From: Eukaryota sp. TZLM1-RC
Lineage: Eukaryota; Protista; Metamonada: BaSk clade
Reading direction: 5' to 3'
DNA length: 64,000 bases
Assembly: GCA_040285825.1 (NCBI GenBank)
Contig: JAUPSS010000008.1
Span: forward strand, 620,001 to 684,000
Shown: positions 34,555 to 46,694 of the stretch, one piece after another
How positions within the stretch are numbered: position 1 is the stretch's first letter
Layout: every line of letters begins with the position of its first letter
The notes under the pieces: model-generated
What the model was told of the DNA's origin: nothing
The model's input: only the letters and a program-made list of their open reading frames with translations
Databases searched by the model: none
Position numbers and translations under genes: made by a program

Positions 34555-37500
34555 TAAATTGAAATTTATTTTCAACGCTAACAAAACATTAAACAAAAAA
34601 CTAGAACTCAATATCCTCAATACACGCATCAACATCATCAAATCTTTTCAGCGCGCGATTTTCATACTCTATTCCTAATTGTAACAGTGCTTTGGTCAAC
34701 ATTTCTGGAATTGCTTTAAGAATACTAAAAACAATTCTATTGTGCCAGAAATTGAAGTTCAATTCTTTTCCTGCTCTTGCTTTTATTAAACTTCTGAAAT
34801 CTTCAAGAAATTTAATGCCAGATATTCCAATGTTACCAAAAAGAGAAACAGCAAATGGAACCAACTGATACTTGACATGCTCAACACGTCCTAGCTGAGA
34901 TAAGGGTTCATTGTACTTTTTGATTTTGCTCTTTTCAGCAAAGCAAAGTGGAGTTTCATCTCTTTTAGCAAAATCAATTGCTGAGTCTTTACAAACGTCA
35001 ACAGTAACAACGTCAACAACTTTAATAACACCATCAGAAGCAGGGGTAATTAAATCAGCACGGCGTTTCCCAAAAGTATTTTCATCTTCATTTTCAGATG
35101 ACAACCTTCGCACAAGTGGTTCAACAAAAGCTTCAATGTGATGACTTTTGCACATAGCGTATAGTTGGTCTCTAACAGCATCGTGAACAACTGAGCGATA
35201 TGTAATATTAAATTTGCAATTAAACAAATGATTCAGATTAATGAGCTGACCACAACGACAAATCAAATCATTTGGCACACTACATGGCCACAGAAAACAT
35301 CTCATCCTGAATGCAGTTGTCCATTGATGATCATTTAATAATAGACCATATACATTTGGAATCTGGGAAATAAGACAACTTGAGCTACTATCCTTGAGGT
35401 CAATTAAAAAGTTTGCAAAAACGGGATTCTTTTCTTTAGCCAAGCTAAGACGAATAGTGAAATCCAAGTTTTCAAAAACTTTTAATATCTTTTTCTGCAA
35501 TTTAGCATATGCAAATTTCAAGGAAATCAAACTCCTGGGTGGAATTTCTTGAATATCAGCAGGAAAGCATTTGGACCCTATGTGAGGAGAGATGCATTCA
35601 ATTTCACTCTGCAAGGACACTAAATAGTCACTAACACAACATTCTATTAAATGCTGGTTTTCAGGAAAACGTTTCAAAAATTCAAAAACGAAATTTTTTC
35701 CTTCACCGATGAATGCGGGTTTACACAAATATTTTGATTTGTGAAAATCTAGGCCTCCCAATTCTGTGCTACAAAAAATATGACTACGTAAAAAAGAAGA
35801 ATCAATATCGAGCAAATTAGCCAAAAAAATTTGTTCTTAATTCATTAAAAATTCTGCAAAATTCGAGAAAAATAGATGGTGATGTTGATCGTAAAATATG
35901 AGTAAATTTCCCTGAATAACAAATTCTGAGGAAGAAAAATTTAAGATGTTTTTCAATATTTAAATCTGAAAGAAGCATCAATTCTTCTTCAAAATTATCC
36001 AAAAGAGAGGAAAGTTGATTTCAAATTTCATCAAAGTTGCCTAAATAACAACCTAAAAAACGAAATCCTGATTCAAAATAATTGATAAAAGGAACACTTT
36101 GATCATCAATAATGAGATCAGCAGGCTCTCTACCAATCAATAAACATTTAAAAATATTTACAGAAAGACCAATTTGATAATAGCGCTGTTGAACAATTTC
36201 AGCAATTGTTCTCAATGAATCAATTGGACCAACTATTGATATGTCATCCATATAAGCAGTTATATGAACATCTGGAAATTCTTGTTTTAATTCACACATT
36301 GAAGGATGGACAGCAAGGCAGAAAAAGAAAGGACCTAATGAATCACCTTGTTTGACACCAGATGATGATATTAGAGTGAATTCCTCATAAACAAGAGTCG
36401 ACTGTGAGCCATAAAAATTGTAAAAGAACGACTCAGCTTCTGGAAAATGAGTTTGAAGCAAGGGCAAGATGGACGACCTCTTCGCTGCATTGAAAGCGTT
36501 TTTAAAATCTAAATTAAAAATATAATTCGAAGTAGGGGAATTAAAAAAGACATCAGAAGAGAGTGCTGCAGAAGATGCACCATCAACAGTTTTAATTCCA
36601 AATTGGAAAAGACTAAAAAAATCTTTAGCTTTTTTACCAATCCTGCCAAACACAGCTGAAGCAAGAATACGAGACAAAGATTCACCAATTGCAATAGGCC
36701 TTATTTTTGATTCATTGTGAAATAAGCTTCGGCTTTTTTATCCAAACTGCAGAAGCAGAGAGAGAGTGTCTTTTCTTAACCTCACAACAGTTATTTTCTA
36801 AAAAGACAAAGTATTCAAACCTGATTGAAAAAATTGTGACCGCAGTTCCCACTTTGATGGTTAATCGTTGATTTCTGATTGAGGTTTGCAAAAGATTGTG
36901 ACCCCAACCAAAATAGGCATTTGCTGTCATACTAAGGCAGTGGGTCAAGATATGCTGGTGCATTTTTCATAAAACGCGCAAAGTTTGTGGACTTTGTGGA
37001 TGCCTAGGCCACAATCGAAGACATTGTCCAAGAAACACACAAGAACAATACAGTGGGGTAGAATTTAGAGGACAACATCAATAAAGACCCTTACTATAGT
37101 ACAACTTTTAAAGACACTATGGGTGTTATATCCCATATGCCTTTTTTTAAATTGGTAGTAAATTTTCGAAAACTAATTGAAAAGGGGATGCAAGAAAGAG
37201 GACTTACCTGTGATGGAACACGTATTGGAGGCCTCAAGGAATCAACAGCTTTACATGATTCGCAAAAACGTAATGGTCGGCCAGAAGAATTAATGCCCAA
37301 ATTTTTGGTACAAAATATACACTTATTATACGGAGAATCAATGGATAAATTTACAGGTACTATTGCTGGTATTTGTTGATCAACATTATCATCATTTATG
37401 GGTAACGAAGAGAGGGATTGTTTCAAATCAGCAGATGCAGCACGAGCCTTTAATTGTTCTTGTTTTATTTGGGGACATGTTTTAACGTTATGTCCCGGTT

Positions 37501-38030
37501 GACGACATTTACCACAACTCTGAGAATGAACTTTTCCAGTTTTTAATGGTAATGGTTTTATTTTTTCAGTTATTTCTATTTTGTCAATTGGTGAGTTAAA
37601 AGTAGAAATAGATTTTTGACTTTTTCCAATTTCAGCTGGAGCAAACAAATTTTGAGAAACGGAGTTGTTGATGGAACGCGCAACAGAACGTAAGGAACGC
37701 AATTGTGGTTTTTGTGTGTTTTTTCTGGTAGAATGATCAGTTTTTGAATTGAAATTTTTTTGAGATGAATTTCGAGCATAGCTTGTATTGTGGGGAGAGT
37801 GGAGAAGTGAAGAAGATGAGCTTATCCTGACTGGTAGAATCTTTACTCGGGCGTTCCAATCAGTATCAGAGTCACTATCAGCCAATGGCATCGTTTTGAC
37901 AGAGAAACAGTACGACTTTGACGCCGTGACAGAAAGTGAAATATGAGAGGGTTGACTAAGGGAGGGAGGAAAAAAAGAGTCATTTGAGTTAGCTTGACTC
38001 AACTTAAATCCTATTTGAGCAGGAAATACT
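34555..38030 (-). mobile_element. CRE-clade-like non-LTR retrotransposon family R1, longest copy
   Basis: 5' ORF with CGKCRQPGHNVKTCP knuckle (37094-38041), RT (36021-36710), thumb/zinc finger/RLE (34601-35824), AATAAA-type tail; foreign ~400-bp segment at 36716-37119. Confidence 0.92.
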
Positions 38031-38031
38031 G

Positions 38032-38160
38032 ACCAAAGCACTGTTACAATTCTAATAGAGTATGAAAATTGCGCGCTTAAGAGATTTGATGATGTTGATG
38101 CGTGTATTGAGGATATTGAGTTCTAGTTTTTTTATGTTTTGTGAGCGTTGAAAATAAAAA
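38032..38160 (+). mobile_element. Short 3' fragment of retrotransposon family R1
   Basis: TGACCAAAGCACTGTTACAATT...GAGGATATTGAGTTCTAG plus A-rich tail matches the R1 3' end. Confidence 0.85.
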
Positions 38161-38252
38161 GAAATTTATAAATTTGAGAAGGCCAACTTTGATTTATTTC
38201 ATCCAGTAATCTCATCGTGTTTCTATATTTGACACTGTTGTGCTATTAGCCG

Positions 38253-39191
38253 ATGTCCAATCCACTTCTCTTTGGCTCTCTTTTAGCGTTTTTGTCACGC
38301 CAGCGCGATGAGCATCAGTCATTGCATCCACAATCTGCACATGCTTACAACAATTCTGCTCTATGGCTGCAGCATGCTTTAAGCCAACTTAACATTCATT
38401 CAATTGATCCATCTTCAGCTCCACCACTGGAAGATTTGGTGTCATTGGGATATAAAGAATTTGAATATTCTCGATACAGATCTGAACTCCTACGTTCCGG
38501 TTTTTTTGACACATCTGAAGACCCTGTACTTCTTGAAGGTCGTGCTAGGACTCGTTTTGAAGATTTTTTCAAGTCCCGCCGACCAGACCTCTCTACTGCA
38601 TCCCACTCATCATCCTCAACTTCTCAAGCGGTTGCCCGTAAGCAAGAAGGAAATGAACTCTTCCAACAGAAAGATTTTGAATCCGCACTTACTTGTTACC
38701 TTGAAGCCGCTACTCTGGATCCAACCAATCCTATTTATCCCACAAACGCTTCTGCTTGCTTCTACAACCTCGGAAAGTTTGAGGAAGCTCTTTCAGAAGC
38801 CAACAAAGCAATCAGCATTGATAACACTTATTTTAAAGGTTATTATCGTAAGGGCAGTGCTCTGGTTAAGTTAGAACGTCCAGCAGAGGCCAGGGAGGCT
38901 CTGAACAAAGCTTTGGAACTTTCTCCTGATTATGAACCAGCATCGTCGCTTTTAAACTCCCTTCCACTGTCTACTGAGGAGTCCTCTCAGCCTCCTTCCC
39001 AAGTCTCTGCACAGTTTGAAATGCCTGGTGACATTGGTCAAATGATGGGCCAGGTTATGGGTGATCCACAGTTTATGCAAATGGCTGGTCAGATGGCCTC
39101 TAGCTTATTTGGTGGAAGGACTAGTTCGTCACAGGGAGGAGAGGAAGAAGGAGGAGAAGGAAATCCACAGCCTCAATGTCCACAACAATGA
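38253..39191 (+). CDS. SGTA/Sgt2-like TPR co-chaperone
   Basis: Three TPRs (KQEGNELF...Y..A..LDPTN.IY..N.SA) and C-terminal M/Q-rich MMGDPQFMQMA STI1-like motif. Confidence 0.75.
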   Translation: MSNPLLFGSLLAFLSRQRDEHQSLHPQSAHAYNNSALWLQHALSQLNIHSIDPSSAPPLEDLVSLGYKEFEYSRYRSELLRSGFFDTSEDPVLLEGRARTRFEDFFKSRRPDLSTASHSSSSTSQAVARKQEGNELFQQKDFESALTCYLEAATLDPTNPIYPTNASACFYNLGKFEEALSEANKAISIDNTYFKGYYRKGSALVKLERPAEAREALNKALELSPDYEPASSLLNSLPLSTEESSQPPSQVSAQFEMPGDIGQMMGQVMGDPQFMQMAGQMASSLFGGRTSSSQGGEEEGGEGNPQPQCPQQ

Positions 39192-40735
39192 TTGTTGTGT
39201 TAAAGATTTAATAAATGTGATTTGGCTATTAGCACTTACAAAAGAGCAAAGTAATTCTCACACAAATAAATCAATATCTAAATGTGAAAGAATAGTTTTA
39301 CAAAATAACAAAAGAGAGTGTAGTTGTAACTCGTTGCAAGATAATAGAGGCTCTATTATAGATAAACACAACTGCGAGTGTGCTGAGTACTCACAAGGAC
39401 TAGGAAAAGTATAAATACTTGGAAATCCCATTAAGTTTTCAGCAAGTAGTGAATTACACAAATTTGATATGAAAAAACAGAAATTTATCGTGCTCTTTCA
39501 AATCTCATTACTGGAAGAGCCGTCTTTTCATAAAAAAAGATTTGTCCTACTAAAAATTTAAAATAAAAATTAGAACATTCTATTAATAGTAGTATTAATA
39601 GTTTAGAACTTAACAATTTATTGGATATAAATATTACACAGCACACTTGACAAATTAAAATCATAACTATTGGGACGAAATGATTGGCTGAGATGATTGG
39701 CTGCAGTCTCAGAAATGTAATTTTATTAATTGAACTTTCTTCTTACCTTGCTTGTCGAACTCGTCAATTGGCGTCTTCCGTCAAGCCAAATTTACCTAAA
39801 ATTTATCAATCTTGCACAAAAAACTTCATTTGTGCTCAGTGTAGAGCTCTAGACAAAACGAATGTCTGTGCCAAGTATCTTCTTTCTCTTTGAACAGATG
39901 AACCCTTAGCCCAGCCCGAAGAAATAGTTGTTTATTCTGTTCTCGATCACTACATCAATTTTAATCTGAATAATTCAAGATAAACATTCCTTTTATTAAA
40001 TGCATGAAAATTTATCTTGAATCTCCTTCAAAGATTTCCTGCCACTGCTTCTCTAGTCTTCACATGATAAAATCATTTTTTCATCAAAGGAAATTGGTGA
40101 GCTTTTTCTCTTTAATCTTAAAATTTCACAATACTTACTCACTTTCATTTCTCATATGCATTGCTGGAAGAAATTTAGAATAATACCTTTAGCTTCTCAT
40201 AAAGGTTCTAAATATCATGAGGTACCTTCACATATTTTCCTCTCTGTGAAAAAATTCCCACTATTGAAGGATGATCTTCCAAAGCAAAGTTCATCAAAAA
40301 TACATGTCTGAATATTCAAACAATATCCTTACCAAAAATTAAACACCAACAAAAAAAGCTTGAGGAATAGATTTACAGAGATTTTATCGAAAACTAATGG
40401 TAATGAACTGCGTTTAACATATGAAAGTAAAATAGCGACTCAGAAAACACAGATGAGCTGGATGAACCACCGAAAAAAGCGAAGATCGAAAAAAGAAATG
40501 AAAAATGACCCTGATGCCAACAAAACCAAAGAAACACAGTTGAAGTGTACTAAAAAAATGCCCCGTTGAAGATGTAGACATCCAGTCGAAATTTTACCTG
40601 AAATTTCCCTTATTGGCGTTGATATGGGACAATCTAGATTATGTGGTTACTTCTTAACTGATAATCAATGTGGAATTATCCCTTGTTCAACTGGCAGAAG
40701 ATACATGACAAAACCTTCACCCAGTAAACACTCTC

Positions 40736-40822
40736 TTTTCTACTTACTTTCTACTTACTTTCGTCAATGTTGGTAGGTAGTTTTTTTAGTATTCAAGTAG
40801 TTTCTTCTTAATTTTCAATAAA
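40736..40822 (+). mobile_element. 87-bp retro-type insertion inside Fanzor A3 with 13-bp TSD
   Basis: AGTAAACACTCTC at 40723-40735 and 40823-40835; insert ends in AATAAA; absent from copies A1 and A2. Confidence 0.8.
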
Positions 40823-41348
40823 AGTAAACACTCTCCCAACCAATATTCCGTTCAAAATCTCAACCAATATTTGAACCATTAGCATTTGATCAGGAGGAAA
40901 GTGTATTTGGAAAGTAATCGCCAGAAATGGAAAATAATTAAATTTGATAACTGCAGACGAAAAGAAAGACGGTTCCGAGAGAGTCTCAATAAATTTCAAA
41001 GGCTGGCTGGACATCCTGAAAAACTCTACCTTGCTGTGGGTTCTGCTAATTTCTTTCCTCATTGCCGAAAAGTCTATTGATATGGATTAGAAAGCGCTTT
41101 GAGAAGATATATTGTGTTATCAAAAGGATGTGAACCACTTGTCAACCAGTGAATTTAATACAGGCAAACTGTCCAGTTAATGCATGGCCGAGAATATTCA
41201 AGCAGGATCATGGCAGATGCGTACTTGTACTGAGTGTCAAATAGTATATGACAGAAATATTTCCGCTGCAAAGAATATTCAAATTAAGAAGAAAGCGGGA
41301 TTATGGTCGGAAAGATACATTTGCATAGAAGCTCTGTTGAGGAGATGA

Positions 41349-41677
41349 GTGGGGACCTGAGAATACAGAAACAAAAACTTTGGAAAAACTGATATTGTTT
41401 TTGAGTTTTTTAGTATTTTTTAGTTTTTTGAAAAACTTTGGAGACCGATCTACAAATACCTTAGTAGCATTTGGTAGATCCACTTAGATACATTGAGTCG
41501 CGAGGCTTTGTTCTGTGAAAGCAGTAGGTGTATTTAAGTGAGGTAACCCATTGATGAAGATCATGATTGTCTTTGTCAAATGATGCTACATGTCTCTTAC
41601 AGCCTGTGAGTAGACATTGAGAAAGTTGAAAACAGGAGTGAATTTTACAGGGGAATGCATTATAAGTAAAATTCACA
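41349..41677 (+). ncRNA. Putative Fanzor omegaRNA scaffold, family A copy 3
   Basis: Conserved non-coding tail; hairpin GATCTACAAAT...ATTTGGTAGATC and perfect terminal stem GTGAATTTTAC/GTAAAATTCAC. Confidence 0.55.
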
Positions 41678-41741
41678 ATAGCACTTGGTGAATATCAAAT
41701 TTATAAAGTAAACTTTGCAATATTTTCCATAGAGCGTTGTA

Positions 41742-44100
41742 TTTATTGAATTTGCACACTTAATTAAATTAACTCATAACTAATGGGACGACTATCATTG
41801 AACCAAGATTTCCTCTACAAAATCTTGATCTGCTTGCTGTCTAGCTAAAGCTTCTCTGATTCGATTGAAAAACCGTGGTAATCTATTAATAATGGAAAAA
41901 TGAATCCGTGAACGCCATAAAAAAATCAAATCTTTTCATTGTTGTTTCTTGCACCATATTTTGGAAGTCATTCAAAAAAGTTTCTGCTTCAACTGATAAC
42001 CTTCCATTTATCGAAAATGGGAAAGCAATAAAAACCAGCGGTGTATTTCTATCGACATTAGCCTCTTCAATTGATGCCGTTAGGCAGATGAACACACGAA
42101 GGAGAGAGAGAAATCTGTTGTTTATTAATAAAACTGATTCATAAATGAGTATCACGTCATCAGTCGAAATACAAAGAAACCTACTAATTCAATTTGAGTT
42201 CAACAACAACACTACTTTTTCCCACTTTTCTGAGGACAAATACAGTACTGGCTCAATAGAGGGAAGATATGGGGTTTGTTAAACTCTTTGGTGCATCGTT
42301 TGTGTGACACAAATAATTTACCTCATGTTTGATTTTTGATGGACAATCACGGGAGATGTGTCCAGGCTTGTGGCACTTGAAGCACGATTGATTTTTTAAA
42401 TCCTGAGAGCGCCAAGAGGACCTCGTTTTAGTGCCAGCCGTACGTTCCACATCATTCACTGAGGTTTTGAAACCACGAGTCCATGAAGCAACCCTAGAGC
42501 AGTCCAACAGCTCATCAGTAGTGGTTTCGACAAGAGAGTGAAGATCTGGGAATACATCATCTCGAATTCTCGCTAGTAGAGAACGTTGAAGACCTACGGG
42601 AAGAATTCCTCTGGCAAATCGATTCAGAAAAGCTGTGTCTGGTAACTTCAGTCCGGAAGCCCTACTCTTTACCTAGAGGAAACGTCGCAGGTAACAGGAC
42701 ATACGTTCTCGGACGTCACCAATACGGACATCACGCTTCAGTTCTGACATAGCCAGACTAAAATCTTCGTACGTGGCGAACGATACGACAGATTGAAGAT
42801 GTCTAAGAAGAACATCGTCACTGGAAGAGACGTCGGATTTCTGGAGAGATAGGGACTCTAACAGAAAAGAATCGACCAAGAGTCTTGCTGGAACAAGCTC
42901 TTTCTTAGAAGTCACAGAAGAATAGATCTTCCACTCTTGTAGGAACAAGAGAACACTTTCAACTTTCATGGAAGAAAGAGACGGGAGGTTGACAGAAGGA
43001 ACAGTCATCTGAAATAAGAAGGGCCAATAATTATTGATGCCGTTAGGCAGATGAACACACGAAGGAGAGAGAGAAATCTGTTGTTTATTAATAAAACTGA
43101 TTCATAAATGAGTATCACGTCATCAGTCGAAATACAAAGAAACCTACTAATTCAATTTGAGTTCAACAACAACACAATATCTTTATCATATTTTCTATGT
43201 TTCTCTTTTGCTTTAAAATCCAGAGCAGCCACAGGATTAAGTTTTCTTCTGTGAACCAAAGTATCATACATGAGACAAAGTCAACAATAGCTTCAGAATT
43301 ATCAATCCAATCACAGTATACATCACCTCTATCATCAGAACCAAAATTATTCAGAGAAAGGGTTTCCTTCAGCAGGGGCTCTTTGATACACGATATTCTT
43401 GCAGTTTGTGCCATATTGAAAACAGTGTCTCTAACAGAATCATGTAATGAAGAACGATAAGTTATCAATTTAGAGCAATTCAGAGCATGGCGCAAAGTGA
43501 GTTGAGGTGAATTCGAACAAATACATTTTTCTTTTGATAATAATTGATTAATGGGGATATTCAAATATAATCTCATTTTTGTTACAAATGCTTCATTAGT
43601 GGCACACAATCCAAATCTTCATGGTACAATAGTTACAAAAAGTGAAGAATCTGATGACTTGTTTTCACAAACACCCTTTTCCAATAACAATGAGTGAAGA
43701 TCTTGATTTAAAACAGCCGAGCTGCATATATTAAAGATCTTTTTCATACATTCCAGTCAATCGTTTCTGTAATGTTCGAAGAGTGTACTTCAAATTTAAA
43801 ACATTTTTTTCTGGAATATTGCCATTGAATGATTGGGGATTTTCTACATCAATTTTTGAAATTTCTTCATTTAATGCAAAAACAGTGGAACTTTGCGTTG
43901 TCATCAATAAATATTCCCAATCTGCAAATCTTTCGGAAAACTCAAAGATTGGATTTCTGCATCCACCAACAAAAGCACACGAGGTAAGAATAGAAGCCTT
44001 CATCCACCCTAAACCACCATAATGTGGACTAAGGTAAGCATGATCTGGAATTTGGAACATTTTACATCCCAGTAATATTTTCCTCATTACATTTCAAACA
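41742..44100 (-). mobile_element. Non-LTR retrotransposon family R3 (3' half), interrupted by an LTR element
   Basis: YGGLGW, CICS...HALNC, HDSVRD, SDDRGD, PFSINGRL; reading continues across the 42072-43174 insertion. 5' boundary approximate. Confidence 0.87.
42072..43174 (-). mobile_element. Gag-only non-autonomous LTR retroelement (1103 bp)
   Basis: Two 140-bp LTRs (42072-42211, 43035-43174) with TG...CA ends, TSD CAAT, polypurine tract AAAAGTGGGAAAAAGTAG before the 3' LTR, and gag-like ORF 43008-42253 with one in-frame TAG and a CFKCHKPGHISRDC knuckle; no pol. Confidence 0.92.
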
Positions 44101-44223
44101 TTTCAACAATCATATATTCTTTTGGAACAGTTTGTGTGATAGAAATTGATTCATTTTATCCCTAGTTAATCTTTTAAACTATATTAAAAACCACGCATAC
44201 TGCTACTTAATAAAACCTCTCCT

Positions 44224-44808
44224 ATGGCATCACGGAGCCGTGAAAAGTACTCAGCAACAGAGGATTTCCATATTCTTCGATATGTATATGCACAATTGGA
44301 CACTGCAGGTGGTGATGAGTCTAGTCTACATTTGTCAGGAAATTCTTTCTGGAAGGATGCTTCAGTATACATGAAAGAACATCACAACATGGAACGTTCT
44401 CCTCAATCTCTTCGATCAAGGTTTCTACACCGAGAACTTGAACACTACTTTCTCGATAGAAAACTTCCCTTGACAGCACAATCCAGTCCTCCCTGTCCTC
44501 TTACTTCATCTGAGCTCCAAGAGAAAGAAGAGCTTGTGGCTCTAGCGAGTACTTCTTTAGGTTGGGATCAAGAAACTACTCAAAATCCACCTTCTACAGA
44601 CTTTGATGTCTCCAGCAATGACTTTCTTGCATCACCCTCCCCTGATATTTGTGAAAAACCAGGAGAAGAAGACGAAATGAATCTCATCCAAACCATACAT
44701 GACATAGTCAATCATGCTTCAGAACTTGCCTATTCTTTTCAATCCTTGACAGAATTTCATGAATTTATGAAGAAAATTGATAATTTTTTCGACTCGCCAT
44801 TTAGGTGA
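44224..44808 (+). CDS. Rap1-type Myb domain protein
   Basis: REKYSATEDFHILRYV...SGNSFWK...SPQSLRSRFL matches the Rap1/TERF2IP Myb pattern (FT..DD..IL...GN..WK...S.QS.K.RY). Confidence 0.65.
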   Translation: MASRSREKYSATEDFHILRYVYAQLDTAGGDESSLHLSGNSFWKDASVYMKEHHNMERSPQSLRSRFLHRELEHYFLDRKLPLTAQSSPPCPLTSSELQEKEELVALASTSLGWDQETTQNPPSTDFDVSSNDFLASPSPDICEKPGEEDEMNLIQTIHDIVNHASELAYSFQSLTEFHEFMKKIDNFFDSPFR

Positions 44809-44879
44809 CAATGGTACTCAAAAAATGCATGTTTTTATCCATGCTAATAAATCTTAATACTAATAATCTAAACATTCTT

Positions 44880-45800
44880 TCCCATACTGACTGATCGTTG
44901 TCGTACCATTGGTCTACAATTATCATGAATATGAGAGTACGTAATCCTGTACATGTTTAGAGCACTGTTAACATCCCTATCCCACTAGACGCCACATTCA
45001 CTGTTTTGACAATGTAACAGTCCAGGCCATGGGACTAGTTTGACATTGTTTTCTGATTCCAATTTCGCTGAAGATCTTGAATTTTGGTTTCAAGATTTTG
45101 AATAGAATCAACTTCATGATACTGTTTTTTAGCCACTCGCAAGTCATTTTTTTAATCTATTCTTCTTACGTTTGAATCTCTTATAGGCATTTGGATCTTT
45201 GACCTTTACATCGCATTTGGTATCTCCTTCGCGATGATCCTCAACACAAGCAGCGCTTATCTTACTGGTACGATACTCGTCTACCAAGTTTAAGTTTATA
45301 CCATCTTTTCTCAGAATTCTTCTTAGCCTGATTTAGTCTGATTGTGCTGGCTTTACCTTTTCGGTTTGTTTTGCCGTCCCCACACCAAAGCCAATTACAA
45401 TGTTATGAGCATCATCATTTAAGTTGGCTTTTAATCGGTTAACCCAGGCTTCCTCACTCTTTTATTTATTTATATATTTGTATAGCGCCTAAAGAGAGGG
45501 TCTTGGTAAATCGGACAGAGCAATTCATCGTGGAGTAATGTCATTTTAAAATACTCCTTGAATTGCTGCAGATTCAAAGTTTTTTCTGGAATATTCTGCT
45601 AATTTATCAGGTATTTCTTGTACTGACACCTCGGATTGCGTATATGGTAACTTAAATTCTTGGTGAAATCGGGAAGAGATTTAATAGTTTCCTCTTCACC
45701 GTTGATTCTGTTTATAACTGCAGTTTTGGAAGAGTTTTCACTGCTCTCAATCCTAAAAATGATCGAGTTCAAATAGTTTGTTTCTGTTTCTCTGAACTTC
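44880..45800 (-). pseudogene. Fanzor family C remnant (not in the ORF track)
   Basis: Minus-strand translation gives NIVIGFG (~45400), LVDEYRTSKISAAC (~45290) and LLHCQNSECGV*WDRDVNSALNMYRI (~45020-44945); many stops. Confidence 0.8.
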
Positions 45801-45939
45801 CCTGTTTGAAGTTCAAAGTTTCCTCTACCAGCAGTGTAAGAATCAATAATTAGTTTGTCTCTTCTTTCTTTAAATTTTTGTCTTATTTCATTAAATGATT
45901 TTTTTTGGATTTTTTCGACTTTATTTTTTTCGAAATATA

Positions 45940-46368
45940 TTTATTTTTAAAAAAGTTATATATCAACATCTAAATAATTCATCTCTCCCAACTCCCGAAA
46001 CAAAAACACTAGATGCAACTTTCTCATAGTGAGATCCAAGAGAAAGCAAAGCATCAGAAACCATTTTCAACATCCCCTTAAAAATAGAAAACACAATTCT
46101 ATTTTGCAAAACAATCTGTTGAATTTTCTAATAGTTTTTTTCTTTTCAATCATTTCAAAATCTGCCAAAAATCGAATAGCCGTGGGAGCAAGTGAACCAA
46201 ATGGAGAAAATACAAATGGATACAAATTGTATTTTGCTTGCTAATTTGCATGAAGGTTCATTGTATATTTTTGATTTTGAAATTTTCGCATTTGAAAGAG
46301 GATTATGAATTTCAGAATTAGCAAGACTTTCATTTGAGGCATTACAAGGATCAACAGACATTACATCT
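45940..46368 (-). mobile_element. Non-LTR retrotransposon family R2, 3' fragment
   Basis: MSVDPCNASNE...HNPLSNA matches 49550-49968. Confidence 0.85.
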
Positions 46369-46694
46369 TTTTGTAATTTGTCTATTTTTCTTATTTTTGT
46401 TTACATGCATCTTATTTTTCTTTGAATTTTTCACACTTTCTCTTTCTGTTTCAGTCATATTGATTCCTTTCGAATTGTAAGTTATTTTAATTAAGAAAAC
46501 GGGAAAAGTTAGTGTAGGTATCTCACTAGTGAGTACCCTGGTATGTATTGAATAGGTTTAAATATAATTATCTTTATCCTAACCGCTTTACTTAACTTTT
46601 GTACTAAAACATACAGCTAGCAAATATGCCTTCCGGTAACGTTTTGTCAAATAAAAATTATTTTGATTTCAAAATAATTCAACAAAAAAGCTAA

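Larger units (their letters stand above)
39693..41677 (+). mobile_element. Fanzor family A copy 3 (degenerate, 5'-truncated)
   Basis: Colinear with the reverse complement of 5044-6920; LIGVDMGQ, LAVGSANF, IVYDRNISAAKNI; ends GTAAAATTCACA at 41677. Confidence 0.88.

Noticed and set aside
36880-36975. IS110-like transposase C-terminus (AFAVILRQWVKICW)
   Set aside because: Only a short vague resemblance among stops; no catalytic motifs.
42673-42675. Reassigned stop codons (TAR as Gln) suggested by the in-frame TAG in gag
   Set aside because: Long host genes are open in the standard code and end in TAA, TAG or TGA; in-frame stops are confined to decayed elements.
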